Source: Ramazzottius varieornatus
Taxonomy: Eukaryota > Animalia > Tardigrada
Assembly (NCBI GenBank): GCA_001949185.1
Contig: BDGG01000016.1
Coordinates: 699,839 to 763,838, forward strand
Length of the DNA: 64,000 nucleotides
Direction of reading: 5' to 3'
The translations under genes were made by a program, and so were the position numbers. How positions within the stretch are numbered: the first letter of the stretch is position 1; the number at the start of each line of letters is the position of its first letter. A model generated the notes under the pieces. The model saw only the letters and a list, made by a program, of their open reading frames with translations, searched no databases and was not told the DNA's origin. This document shows positions 36,101 to 51,100 of the stretch, piece after piece.

Positions 36101-39100
36101 CCGCAATGTGCTCCACTACTTTGGGTGTGGCCACTTTGGGCTTGGATCCTCCGATGACGCCTGGACGTATCGAACCCGTCTCGTAGTACCTGAAACGCAG
36201 AAAGCTATGAGCATTTTCCACAGACACACTGTGTGGTTTCCAGTAACCTCAGATAGAACGCACAAAAACGGCCGGATTTGACCATCGTTGAGTCAATCAA
36301 ACGCTCATTCAACGAGACAGCTACAAAAGTCGGCTACAAAAACAGTACAAGTACGTTTTTTCAAGGACCATGACTGAGAAAGTCATCAAGAAGTGAATTT
36401 GTTTGCCGACAAAGCTGGGCATCTGTGTCATTGTCTCCCATTTCCCTACAAGAAAAGCCAGCATGGACTCAATAAGTATATCAATCAAAGTCTCACTGAG
36501 AAAGGGTCCATTCTTTCCGTCACCTTTGGCGATAAATGCACGTCTTTGGCCTTCATTTATCACACCTTTGATGAAATGAAGTGCCCAAGACAATTGAGCC
36601 GACTCATCACATTACAGAGAGGAGGAAAGTCAGCCTCAGGCGGAGAGAAAATATCTCTGAGGACGAAAATCTGGGCGCTGCACCTTCCACGATCAACTCG
36701 CGCACACATTGACGCCCTTTCTTTGGAAAGGTCGATACTACAGGTGAGCGAACTGTTCATCCTTCTCGCACAGCAGACGTCCATTCCAATCTCCCCTATT
36801 GTTTTGGTCATAGCTGATGTCCAGCGTTTTATTAAGGCAGCGGGTAACCGCCTGGACAAAGCCGCAGAATTTAACCAGACATTAAACGACCCCATCCCGA
36901 TGGCCGCTTTAGCCTAATCTACTAATCCCACTGTTTGTAAAGCGCATCAAGCGCAGCTTTATGGGCTTAACATCCTAACTGATCACCGGTGAAGCGGATT
37001 ATCGCGGCTTGGTTTATGCCCAACGTGCGCGCCACTGTTTGCCCAAATCTACCCCAATCACCTCGCGCAATTTTCTGACATATTCTCGAAGTGGCGCACT
37101 ATGGAGCGAGATCCGCCGGTCCTCTGCGCGAGCTCAAGAGGGTAAAAAAGTGTGTGTGCGAAGAATCAACCGAACTGAAAAGCCGACAGCAACCTAAGTA
37201 CAATCCCACTGTAGTGAATGCTCGGGTCACTGTGTGCAGGTGGACGGAAGCATGAATTCGCTGTTCTTCCCTTCGTGTCGTCCGTTTTTCTGCGGTGTTT
37301 GTAGTCAGTGTGCAGGTTCAAATGGGTAGAGTGAACACACTATGATTTACGAACATTCTTTCCTTTGCGGCTGGTGTTTTTACAATGTCTTCCGGTCATA
37401 GTTGAAGCTGGTACGAACAGAGCGAAAGAGATTGATAGTCAGCTTTGGAAGCGGACGGGAAGTCAGCCAAGCGGGGAAGAAAATCACGGAATGACTGACT
37501 GACGATACAGCGAAGGACACGGGGATCCAATGATGTTATGATGCTGCAACATCGGGGAAGAGATGGAGTTTCGGATGCTGTCATGCAGCACGACATATGC
37601 TCATATGGCGACTGTGTGTGCGCCTTTGATGGCGGAGACACCGCGGCTGTCATCTTCCTTGACAGATGAATTATTCAGGGACCAACGGAAACAGTGCTCC
37701 TCTATTCACAAAGTCAGAAGGAAACTTAATAATCATATCGTCAGTCAAAAACGATACTCTTTTTCCTGAACGGACCGACGTCAAAAGACGAGAGACGACT
37801 CCCTTCTCCATCTCCTGATCTATGACCTGCATGCCCCCACATTGCTGACCCCCGTTCATCTGCCGCACGAACATGGCCCAACTCCAAAGACGACCCCCAG
37901 ATCTCAACAGGCCTTTCATTCATTCGATTCCTATATCTCTGCCATCACGCAAGACTTCGCTTGGAAGTTCAAAACCTCTTCAGACGGACAGATGAAACTC
38001 TGGCTGACAGCTCAAATTCATTACACGACTTTCATCCGCACGCGCACAGCTCGTGATGTCCTTCAGATGCCAAGAACCCGAACCGACCGGTGCGCGAGTT
38101 GACACGGGGACCTGCTTCCAACTCAGGACGCTTCTTGGAAAAGCAACAGACCACGAATCGATCAAAATAGCTTCCAGTTCTGTTTCGTCGTTAAGTGCAA
38201 TCGTTTTATGTGGAAAGTTGTGATCAGAAATTCCCGATGAAAAGTTTTCGGTTAGATCTTGGTGACGGTACTAACCTGCCGAGGATCTTGCTGACGCATC
38301 CGTGGCTGACGCGGAGTTGTCGGGAAATGTCGCAGGGTCTAACGCCATTGTGAGCCAGCTCGACAATCTTGGTGCGAATCATGTCGGGAAGAGGTCTGCC
38401 ATTAACAAACACTCCACCCAGTTGATTTACTCCACCGTGACCTGCAACATAGCACAAATTAGCTTTGGCACTTTTATGGCTTAACTTGACGGGCTATAAA
38501 AAAACATGCACCCATGCCTATGCAACGACCCGTTCTTGGTCACATTCTCACTATGGCTCGCACTTCTTCGAATTACGAGAAGTCGAGAACCATCGTCAAG
38601 ACTGCGCCATTTTGTCAGCTGCTCCATCGAGCACGACAACGTTATCGGTCCTTTCCCCGTCATGCTTTTTTGACATCGCTGAGCCTTCACACAATTTTGC
38701 CCAAACGGTCTCCGCAGAAAATTGATAGCTTTGTTTTTTCAGTAGTATCTCACACTAATATCAAAAATGAAAACTTGGGAAAAAATGCTATTCAGTACTT
38801 CAGAGTTCATATGCGAGACGGATGTGTAATATGGAGTAACAATCTATCAACGCGCGAACTGATATGGGAAAGTCACCGTATTCAAAGTCACTATAGCGCT
38901 CTTTCCCGACGGTTGTTTTTCAGAATTTCAAGTCAATGTTTTCTTCGCTCCTGGCACTGCGGGACGTGAAGTGGGTGGCTTGATATTAAAACTCATTGGG
39001 GAGAAAAAGAGCCAAGGAGTAAATTAGCGTGGGACCAGAGAGGAAGCAAGTGTTAAAATCACACACCTTGCGTGCCAATTGTGACAAGTTACCTAGCCAT

Positions 39101-42100
39101 TACCGAGCGGATATGGGGACAAGGAATGGCTTCATGGGGAGTAACATGGCAATCAGCCATCGGGCACTGGAGAGGACATTCATTATGACATGCCATAAAG
39201 CACCATGCTGCGCTTTTGCGGTGCAAGCCAGTGTGCTCAACTGCATCATTCCATCTCACCGCGCATCAGCCCAAATATAACAATCCAATCTTCATAACTC
39301 AATAACGCAATACAAACTAACATATAGAGTCACCATTTTACATCTCACGAATTTTAGGTCTTCTAAACTTTAGCAAATACTATTTTTATAGTTCGAAAAG
39401 ATCTCAGTTAAATCGCATCTCGGCAAATAATTCGACAAGTTCCTTTCTGCTATTGGCGCATGGTTCCACCCACTGACACTGAAACCGCGCGTCACTTGGG
39501 ATCGAACTCTACAAGATCGTTCTAAGTGGCGCAAACTGCCGGCCAATAACGCTGCAGCGTGCGCCACTTAAGCAAACGATCTTGCGGTGCTTGCAGATAT
39601 TCGCGAGATGAAGCGTCGAAATCACTGCTTTGCGTGACAGAAATATTATTGCGAAATCATAAAAGGACCAAAACGCAAACCTCATGCCTGCACTATCCCG
39701 TGCATAGTCATTGTATCCTTATTGAGTTGTAAAACTTTCAAGTTTGGGAGTTGCTTATTGCTGGGAAGGGTCTTCACATTCGAATGCGAGGTCACGATCA
39801 TAACTATGATTTACCACGACAAATTTCCAATGAATACAAAAGCAGCCTGTTCATTACACAAGATATGACTCAAGCCATAAGGGTTCATACTGTCCGTTGT
39901 TACCGAGTAAACCCTTCCATCATGCAATGCAAATTTAAATTCATAAGAACGCCCATTTGGTGAGTTGCCTCCAAGCCTCAACCTTAGGAATATTCCTTCA
40001 AACGCCTCGATCAGTTGAAGAGGATATTCCAGTTGCATATTTGAAGGACAAGATTGCCTTCAGAGAAAAATAATACAGTAATTAAATTTTGATTTGACAT
40101 TTTATTCGGTCGCGAATGCAACCTGATCGACAAAGTGTCGCTGCTTGGGCAAATAAACAGTGGAAGGACGAGTGTCAACATTGGTGTTTACTCAGTCAAC
40201 TTACAAGCAGGTTACACCAGCTAATAATCCGACTCAAATGACAGTCCCCGCGCGGCGCAAGGACTTTTGACCACATCAGCAAACGACCCATCGCCTCAAC
40301 ACCCAACTTTAGAGTGCAAAGACAGATTATCCTTCTCGAAGGAGAGATCGTGTTTGGATTAAAGGCGACGGCAACCCGCAAAACGGCACACTTCACGGCT
40401 TGCACGCCTAAAGGTCACTAACTGAAAGTCCTCAACAGAAACCTTATGCATTCCTATCCACATCTACTGAAAAAAACCGAGTAAAGCTTCTTAGATTTTT
40501 CTGGTCAATATCAAATTCATAAAATATAACATTAAATGGGACGTAGGCAAACGAACCGAATCAGGTCGCTTTCCCAAGTGGCGCACATTTCCATTGCGAC
40601 TGGCTGGAAGTGTTCGTCACTTGGGAAAACGAGCCGGTTCAATTCATTTGCCCAGTTTTAGAAAAATCCCCCGTCCAGTTTTAGAGATATTCACTGCAAA
40701 ATCAAAAGGTATTTCGGGGATTGAACGACGTCATAAAGGTTGAAATTCGATAGTGGAGAAGAAAGCCGGGATGGAAATTGTTCCGCCAAGTCATGCACCG
40801 TCAGACCTTGGTCCTTCTTAGCATTGAGGTGCTCTCTTCCAGAACCGCCATGCAAGTCAGCAGGAGGTCCTGTGTTCATCTCCTTCCTGGGCCATCTGAC
40901 ATAAACACTAATTATATCTGGCCACACTTGGTTCCAGGGAGGAAGCGCCGACACAATGACCGCCATCACCGCGCAAACCAAGTGTGGCCATGGCCGATGC
41001 ACACTTAACAGCCCGAAGAAGCTACGCATCCCAAAAAAGCCCAGACTCCAGTCGGCCGCGGAAACCGGCGCAACGTTCCGCAACCGTCACCCTTGCCCAA
41101 CATAGCTCAAAAGAAAGTTAACCACCTACAACTGCCTCCTAGCTTCAACCTTAACATGTTGAATAATCACAGCCAAAAATCAAGCATCCGAACAAAATGA
41201 GCTCTAACCACCAACACCTTTCTTCTCTTCATGCACATAACCACCAGACATCACACTACACATTTCCGCAAACGAAAAATTTCAGTTTCATTGTTCGTCC
41301 TCAACCACATGGAAGAACTTCGTTCACTAAACCCCGAAATCCACGTCTTCTCGCGAATTCAGGAATCTTTCTGCGTTTGGTTCTGAAAGCTTCACTGTCT
41401 CACAGGGCAAAATAAGCAACTTCGCATGGGCAGTTCGGAGTTTGGAAGGGTTGATGGACAATTTGTCGAAAGATGGGCCATATTTAGCGTATACTTAGTG
41501 GTAGAAGACCAGCACAGGGACTTACTCTTACAGGAGTAATATTCCATGACATTACGGTTGTAGCGATAAGCAGCTGCCGCCGAGAGATCCATGAAGGACT
41601 GGGCTGCCGCTGCCGTATGCTGGAAGTGCGGGTTCATCCCCGCCACGCTGCCTCCTCCACCGTTGCGCGAACCCGGACACAAACTCATTCTCGAACCCCA
41701 CGACGAAGAAAATATGCAGAAATATCCTAGAGAGCAAACTCAAAGCCTGGGAAGGTGACGAGCAAAATCAGTGCGGAGATCTCAGCCTTATCAAATGACC
41801 GAGTGGTGATTTGTGGTGTGGCTTGTGCGGCATAGGATAACGTCTAGCTAGATGAGATGATGAAGGGGAAGTGGCTGAGAAATGTCAGTGTTTTGCGCGC
41901 GAGATGTGATGTTTGACGTCAAAGAGAGCAACCAACAGGGAAGGAAGGGAAACGTAGTGTGTATCAAGGCACTTGGTCTTGATCAAGGGTATCACTGTAC
42001 TACAGTCTAATATTGGGACCTGCTCGTGATTGGCTCCACTGCGGTTTAGCGGGCTTCGTTTTATAAATCATCGTTATTATTTATACTTCCTCGTTACACG

Positions 42101-45100
42101 TTGGTCAAGGTGAATGGTGGAATGGCTGAATCGTGGCTAAATGAGCAGCGGGTTGTCGGGATGCTTGGGCGCTCAAGGCTGTACACAACACATTCAACAA
42201 TCAAGCGAGCGGCAAAGAGCTGGCGAACCCAATGAAGCGACTCAAGCGAAGAGCTGTGGTACGCCTTGTAAAAACAAACCAACCGGCAACCGTAGAAAAT
42301 TCCACTCAATCCCAACCCGGACAACCACGACAACTTCATAATAATTCGCACAAAATCATGAAACAACGCTGAATATTTAGAAGATTATTTCGGACAAATT
42401 TCGGAGACGAATATACGTATACAAGCAAAACTTCTGAATAAAATTCACCAGAACAAAACTGTTCTCACAGAACGATTACGCTGTTTCGATGTACTGCCAT
42501 GTGAGCCGAAAAATTTTCCAAAATTTCCAGCGCGTTTGTACAGTGGTGGATGCTGACTAGTATTGGAGCGGAAATCACAAGTGCACATTCGGCACAACGA
42601 TCAGCCGGATTGCCAACATGCATAATTGCAGCTTCTTGCTATCTCCCTTTCCTTGTCTCTACATCTGCCTGATCATCGAGAAGAAGACTGTGTAGGTTTG
42701 ACTGGAAAATAAGGGAAGAGTTTGGCGCGCACTTCCGACCGGTATCCCCCACTGTGCTTCCGATTACAAATCGCTCCACACATCCATATTTCACCAGTCG
42801 GCCGCTGGGCGGACTAATTAAACTCTACTCAACACACACTCTACGCCATTAGCCCTCACAGTTGTCACTATCGGATTCAATGCTCTATCCACAAAAATCC
42901 CAATAAATATTCAAGGATCGAAAGATTGGACGACGCATAATGTTAAAAAACTTCGCAAACAAAGACTGAAAACCAGCATTCCCGTATTTGAATAAGATTT
43001 CAGGTATTTATTCCCCTGAATTCTCGAGACACGCAGTCTTTGACTACCTGATTCGCATACGGCTACAGCAGTAATCTTTCAATCCTTTTTGCTACGACGG
43101 CTCATTCGAGTTTTACGTATTATAAATTCGTTCATGGTGATGCAAGAACCCATTACTGTTATCCGAGGTTAATTTTTCTGGCCTCTCCTATGGGCGAGAT
43201 ATTGGCTAGACTTCATGTAGCACTCCACGACTAAAAATACATCTCACGAACCACCCAACATCAAGGTGAAATCCGCCTTGTAAGTTGATCCGTTCTCTGC
43301 GGTTCTCGCCTTCGCAGTGGCGCAATTGCCTGAGACAAGGCCGTCCATTCTTTCCCAGCATCATTAACAAGCTCATTAATGATGGAGAGTGGCTTAGACT
43401 ATTCGTAAATATACCATCCAGACACGACTACTGTGCGCTGCTGCCTTCTTTTCTTTCTGCTCTTTGAGATGGAGAACAAACCTGTCTGGTCAATTCACGT
43501 CATACGACTTTCTCTGTAGGCAGCATTGCGCGCTCCTGCTGTGCGTTTCTAAAGGACCCACACACAATATCCATTCACAGCCACAACCGATCGACAATTG
43601 TCAATTGTACCCGTCAATCACTTCACCAACAATCACAGCTCGACACAAAGCAAGTCAATTTTTTCCTCAAACTCATTCAACGCTAATCCCTACGGTGGAG
43701 CGTTGTTTGTCGACTTGGTGCCACAGCAGTCACCAGTCAAAGTCACACGAACGCCAAAGAAAAACTGCCATACCTCCTTTCCAGAGAAGTTTTTAGGTTT
43801 ACATATCTATCTATTCTGTTGACTATCGAGAATCGCCATTATGGCTTGGATCAACTAAGTTTTTCTTGATTTTGGTGAAGTCCGCCTATAGCGTGAAACT
43901 TCATAGTGGCTCTATGAACCACGGGCCTCAACAATAACGTGGAATAACCGTAGAAACCTTCCGGAAAGAAGCGGAGAATGCTGTTCAGCCATATTTAAAG
44001 AGTGCTACACACTCACAGAAAGGATTAATGATTGTGCGAAGACGCCGAAAAAGTTGAACAAGAGCTGAGTTGATATTGATGGAGCAGTGTCCGTTCTCTT
44101 TTGTACTCGGACAAATTCCACACATATTGTTTCCTTCGTCAAAGCCTTCAAAGAGCTAATCTCTTTTAGCTTCCGCATCTCTATCAGCTTCCACAAAGCC
44201 AGCTGAAAAGGCTACTGTTTCAAGGGGGCATATTTCCGTCAGAGACAAAACACAAAGTCAATTATTTTGGGGTGTCTATCAAGAGGGCAAATTAACTTTT
44301 GCTGGCTTTTGCTTTGCCGAAAAAGCCTCCTCAGCTCGGATTCCACAAAAGCCAGTCGCGGCATCCAGCCTTTGATATGAACGGCATCAATATCAAGGGA
44401 AGATAACAGCCCTAACGCCACCTCCATTCATTTGAGAGGGTGAATGTTTTAATGAACAGAGAAACCCTCTTCTATCGGACGTATGATCTTTGTGATCGAA
44501 CGCTTCAATTCATCCAGCCTTCCCCGCTCCCTTGGCGCACTAAGCAAGACTCTCCCATGGCATATGCCGAAATATGAGCCACATTAAAAACTAATTTATC
44601 GATACAATGTCGGCCCTAAGTGCCTGTTTGTGTCCGGCGTTCGGGCCTTTGTAAGAGCCGCGAGTAGGGGAAGACCAACGAACCCAACTGTCTAATTCAC
44701 TCATGCGCAAACTAATTGATTGCTTTAATCGCCCAATATGTGTCCCATCTTGCCGTCATTGCTGATCAACATCACATCCCCTAAATCTCGCCCTGATCAT
44801 TTTTCCCACATCGACGCCTTCCTCCAGCTGCTCATCAGAACACCCGCAAAACCAGCATGAATGGGCCGTTAGACCAACCTACTTGCGGCAACCTGCCCTA
44901 GGTCCTTCGTTGGTTCCACGCCAACCAACAGGTACGAAGCTTGTACACTTCTATTTCAATACTGCAAGTCAAAGCTCAGTAACCATCCTTGAGCATATTC
45001 TTTCCGGGACACAATCGGAAATATCTGAGACATCGGCAAACGAATTCGCCCATATCGTTGTCCCAGGTGGCGCACGCACTCGGCCAACAACAATGAGAAA

Positions 45101-48100
45101 GTGCGCCACTTGTTAACATCGTTGGTCGATTTGCGTGGAATCCCTTGCGGAAGTCCCATTTCATCGAGTTTGCTTCGATCTGTGAAAATTTTTCAAAATT
45201 ATCTAAAAATGTGGCTGTAGTGGGATGACATTTGAAGAGTAAGTGAAAGATGAAGAGTCATATCATGTCTTTGGAAAAAAGAGGTTCAAGGTCGGTTAAC
45301 TTTGATCCACTACGCCAACTCATCGTGGCGACCCTCGGGCTCCTCGTACTGGTATCCTCTCTGCCACCAACTGGTACCACCTTCTCAAAACCGTCACCTG
45401 AAGTAATCACCACAAAGAAATTTTTTCTAGTATTCTTGTACCGTCCTCGAGGCTAAGACCGGCGTCAGCAACATTTTAATCATCAACCACTAAAAAAAGT
45501 GCTCCACGTGGAAGGTGCCGGCGGACAAGTAACTCAGCCTTCACCGAAGAAGCTGCGGCCATCTTGTGTTGCTGCGGTAGCTGGACGACTATGGCAAACA
45601 GCGCTGAACTTCAACGACCTCATTTGCTCGCCGAGGTCCAACCAGTGAAATTTCTTCATCATCCATCAACATGCGACGTTGCAAGTTCAAGCTTGAGTTA
45701 CTGCACCAGCTACGTATAGCGTCAATCGTGCGCGACCTCGCGCATGTACCTTGGCAAATTAACCGAAGAACCTTCACACTTCACCTAAGGCTGAGTTACC
45801 TCTCAGAGGAGCTCCTCATTTCAACATCCAAACAAATTCCAAACACGACTTCCCCAAAACGTTTTAACTACTTTGGAAGCAGGAACCAGTAGAGCCACTG
45901 GCGGCATCTGTCGAGAAACGGGCGGGCATTTGGGAAGTCAGCAAATGAATCAAACACGACTGTTATGTCAAGTGGCGCATGTTTTCGTTGTCTTTGGCTG
46001 AAAGCGTGCGCCACTTGAGGGAAACGATCATGTTGAAGTCATTTGCCGACATCCCAATTTTTTTCTGATTGATATCTTGCCCAGCTCTGAATTTTCTTTT
46101 TCGCTGACAAAAGATTTTGACCTTATGTTTTGAGCATCGAAAAGAAAGCAATATTGACATGAAATGTCAAAGAACCTGTCACAAGGTGAAACTAAATTGC
46201 CTTGTAATCCACACAAGTCAATTGCGAGCCTGCCATCACATGTCATGTTTAACGATGACAAAAACTGCCTTATACTGCCAAGTGCATTTCCGGCAGATTT
46301 CTTGTGCAATTGTAAGCTGACAGCCCGACACCGATATCCTGATCGACAGCTGCGAATCTAACCCGCCAGAAAACTTTCCTTGCGCCAGGAAAGCCGAAGG
46401 CAGTAAATCACTTGTCCACACCTGCTTAAGCCCTACTCTTTTCTCCACCACACAAAATTATGGAAATATCGGGTGGTGTTACACATATCTTGGACAACAA
46501 TGGTCTCATAATTACACCATCGGTTTTTCATAACACAATCGCGACGCGACCTTCTCTTTTCAATGGCAGTACATCATGGCGCCAGGTTGCCGCAAATACT
46601 TTCTTACAATAAGGGCCGAAAGGCAACGTATCAAAGTTCGAAAATATTCACCTTATTCATCAAAGTTCAAAGCGGTTCGAAAAGTGCATTGTGCTGAAGT
46701 CCCAATATCGGTTATTATATCCAGGCCTTATTCAAACACGCCAAAGCCGAACAGAAACCCATAAACTGGTGCGTTAACTTCTGGTCTCGCAATGGAAAAC
46801 GAGCCAACATGCCATAAAACTCCGGCACGAACATGCATTTGCTGTTGTAATACTGTCTTTCTTCCGAGGAAGGCTTCTGCCGTTAATCATATCTCGTTAG
46901 AAAAACTCAGTACGCTCGCAAAATAACCCTCACTTGTCGAACCAATTTCCTTCACCGCTATTAACGTTAAGAATTCTATAACGGCCGCCATTCGCCTTGT
47001 ACCTTTCAGACGCAATGGGTGGCGCACCCTCCTATCCAATAACAATGAAAAATGCGCCACTTGAGACGACGATCTCGTACGTTTTTTTTTATGCCCAGCT
47101 CCCAATTGAGGAATCACAGTGCCAAGAAACTGTATGAAAAACAAGGACTTATCACGCACTTGTAGATATTGAGTCGGACTACAAACATATTTTCCTGATC
47201 GCACTTGAAGCTTTTCCTTTGAAGATCTGTGCGAGATATAAGCCACTCGGGAAAATTTTCAAGTACTCGAAGAACTTCAGAAAAGGTGGTGTGGTGTATG
47301 AGGAAGTCTGATATGTCAGTACACCTATGTTCGTTTCAAGTGGCGCACTTGACAGATAACTCAAGCATGTCTCTTTGAGTGTTCGAAACGCGCCAAAGAA
47401 CCTTGTTCAAATATTCATTGATCGGCGCATAAACTACTGTGTCGGTATGACTCGTCTGATGTTATTGATGTATCGAAATCTGTTCAAATAACAGCACACC
47501 TTTCAATGCGATTAGGTAGCGACATCACGTACCGGGACGATCGTTTTCATTGAGAAGAGACAGTGAGCGAGGAGGATAGAAAGTCAATAAAACATAATCG
47601 TTTCCTGTCAACAGCAAGCCTGTTTCCGTTCTGTTGCGACGTTCGCACGGTAGCTGTAATGACAGCGCAAGCAAGGCGATGAAAGGGACAAGATGGACAA
47701 GTTAATTGACGGAGCAAGGTATGGCTCAAGTTTCAACCTTTGCCGCTTCACTGTGCCCAAATTTTAACCCTCTACCTCGCCTTCTCGAGATCTATCCTAA
47801 CCACCTTTACCGTCGTGTCATGCTCGAAAAGCTTCTTAGGTCAAAGTAGATCACAACATCAGTCTATCTTTCTGTGAAAATTTTATGACAGCCATCACAG
47901 TAGCTTTCGACGTGTATTTCTTCAGTGGCACAAACTCTCATTAAAATGGTTGAAAAAGTGCGCCACTTGGATAAACGATCTATCTCGAATCATTTGCCCA
48001 CGTCCCAGATTTCAGAGTGCTTTCTCCATCCGGTTCACAGAATGAACTTCTTTTTCGCCTGCTGATTTTCGAACTTTTTCTAAGGCTACAGGGTACTCGT

Positions 48101-51100
48101 TCGCGGGATGAGTAAAGCTTGAGAAAGGAGAGGTTTTATGGATGTTGTCGTTATTCGCTACCATGTTCGGTACTTTGGTGTTATGAGCTTACATTCACCT
48201 AGAGGTACGTGCAAGGCAAAAAAGCGACAGAAAAAAGCCGTTGGACGAGTGAGGGACAATCGTCGGTGTTCGAAGCGAGGTCGTAAAAGGTTGTGGCACA
48301 AGGGAAAGCTAATATCCGTTTACGTGCTTTTTCTGCTCTTCACTGGCAACTTTTTCATCGCACCGCTGCACAAAGTGAGCAATCTCCCGAAAGGGCCTTT
48401 ACCTCACCTTCGCAGGTAACAGACTCAAACAAACAACAGACCAATCCTGTCAAAGAAACTCTCACTCCTCTCAAGCAATCTTCGACCCAGTTTCGTTCGC
48501 GCACGGGTTTGTTTTCGTCCGGCTACGCGGACCAAAGGTTCGCCGAAAATGTGCGCGAAGTCATCCGGGTAGAAGTGCAGCGGTAAGCAAGCGCATAGCT
48601 CAAAGAGAGCTTGATCGTGTGCTTCCGTCAGCTTCATGCAACTTCGCTTCTGTCGTGGATACTAAAGTAAACTTCAAAGTTCAAATGTCCAAGTGGAGCA
48701 GGTCAAATTCGGCTAACATAGATAAACCAATGAAACTTCACTTTGAAGTACTTGTATGCAAATCTCAGCTACCGATGATCGATAACACGATCTCACATCA
48801 GGCTTACACACGGCCTGGCTCTTCGAGTTCTTCGCCGAGCAGCCGGAGCAGGTTCCTCGAACGACAAAAAGCACTTCGAGACACCGTACAACTTTTACGG
48901 AATTTAAAATGCACAAAGTGGCGCCGAGACTGGTAACAGACGTTATACAACGTGTAGCTGGGACGACAAAAGCATTCCTTTTATGAATTCAATATTAGCA
49001 AAATGTTGAAGGTAATGGACCACGCCCAGGCAGTTTCACTGTGTATGGTAAACTGCCGAACACGTTTGGATGCCATTGACACTCATCTTTGAATAAGCTT
49101 CAAGTATTTTTATTGCGACAAATTACAACGCCAAACTACGGAAATCCCTGCTAAACGATTTGCCGTTGTAAACTGATCGCACAGCAGGCTCAATATTCCT
49201 CATCTCGCCCTCCCATCCATCTAACCCTTACTCCACTCACGACACACATACGATGAGCTATGCGCGAAGAAGAAAAATTCTTTAGATATTTTTGTAAAAT
49301 ACTCCGAATATTTGGGAAGCTGGCAAACAATCGTGGAACGAGTGGCACATCTCCCACAGTTATTGGCTGGAAACGTGCGCCACTTGAGGTAACTCATTCA
49401 AGGAGTGTTTGCCGCCCTCTCATTTCTCATTAAAGGACCGATATCCAAAAAATCTTCAAAATGTTTCGCGCTGTCCAAAATAAAGGTAACCCAGTTGAGT
49501 TGGCTTCTGTGTATCATCTTGGCGTTTCTCAGGTGTCAAAAGCCATGGCGATCGGGGCTTGATTACCCTTGCAATATTCTTCGCCTGAAGCCATTACCGT
49601 CCGCAACGCGACTCATGCACTTCTCAAACCTCTCACCTCTCGATAAAGGTATACGCGTACGACAAGGCGCGATCGCACTTTAAAATCAATACAACAAACT
49701 AGCAATATAATTCAATTGAGGAAACGACCGGTCGGTCGTTGGGGCCGGAAAACCTGTTGCGCTCACCCTAGTCATAACATATATCAATCTTGACGAGAAG
49801 CTGCTTGCTAGAAGTAGCTAAAGCAAACAGCTATTACACCTTTCCAAAGTGGATTTCTCACTCTCGACAAGCCTGTTTCATGTCACGACGATAAATTGTA
49901 AGCCGGATAAAGACGTCGTAAGATCTCGTACCGCCTAAGTTAAATAGCCAGCAGAACGTGTGTTCAAGAGACATGGCACATTTCACTCCAATTCACCTCA
50001 CTGTCAGGAAAAGATGGAAAAGTGAAAGAAATATGGCACCGAAGGTGTCAAGAAGTATGTTTAGACCACTCGAATATATAACAGCGCAGCGCCGCGCCAC
50101 GAACCTATTCACGCAAATTAATCTTCCATCTCGCTGAATGCGGTCGCCTACCAGGCAAATATGCCTCCAAGACCCAAGTACAAAGTACGTCATGGAGTCT
50201 TGAAAGAACAATATGGAATATTCGGCAGCATTCCTCGCTTCGGTGCTAACGCCCAATATTCTACGAGAATCTTTCCGAGATTTTCTACCAAGATCTAGAA
50301 CATATTCGGAAGCTCGGAAAACAAAATTAACAGGGCCGCCTTCCCAAGTGGCGCAAATTTTCAGTATTGTCAGCTGACAGCGTACGATACTTGGAAAGAC
50401 GATTTTGTCCAGTTTCTTCTTCCATGTGTTGCACATTTCCAGTGTGAATGGCTGAAAGCGTGCGCGGATTGGGCAAACAGTCTTTTTGAGCTCGTTTGCC
50501 GACCTTCCGTTTACTGCCGTGGATAAATTTCGAGACACCTAGAGTTTAGTTAAATTGGAACCGGCTTGAGACGGCCGGAAAACTTGGTGAGGTGAAAGGA
50601 AATCCTGGAAAATTTCGAACATTCTCCACCTGTTGCACGTGATGTTGGAAACTCTACGGTCATAAATTACAGAAAAGTGGATTGTGTCCTTCGAGTTGGA
50701 CAAGACGGAGCTGCGGTGCTGGCTAATTACCTGTCTTTCGTCAGACAGGTTAACAACACAATCTCCCAGGCCTTCACGTCGCAGGTTGTATAGTAAACAC
50801 AATTTTAAATTAGCCATCTGGTGTTTGTGTCTCAATCTTCTGCAAGGTAACAGCCTTGCAGCAGCAAGACCGCCACGTTCACCACATTGGCTACAAAAAG
50901 AACCTCGACGCCGGCAATTACCTTTTTATCCGCGCCGAAGAAGCACCGACCGGTTCTCTTCTTATCAACAACAAGCCAGACCATCGGAAATTACTGCGTC
51001 GCAGAACTTTCCTAGTCGAGCTACGACAATTTCTCCATTCAACGGTAGCTACAGTAAAATAATTAAACATAATTTTCTTTTAAGCTAAGCACTATTTTCA

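Noticed and set aside
37025-37135. Further partial palindrome-family matches (also ~35900, 47338, 58915)
   Set aside because: Only one clear core or a very degenerate partner; not counted as confident copies.
44560-44760. TAAT-rich clusters as Pax enhancers
   Set aside because: Plausible, but short motifs alone are insufficient without conservation or chromatin data.
45250-48940. Plus-strand ORFs nested in the Pax first intron
   Set aside because: Short, stop-interrupted, and no recognisable product.
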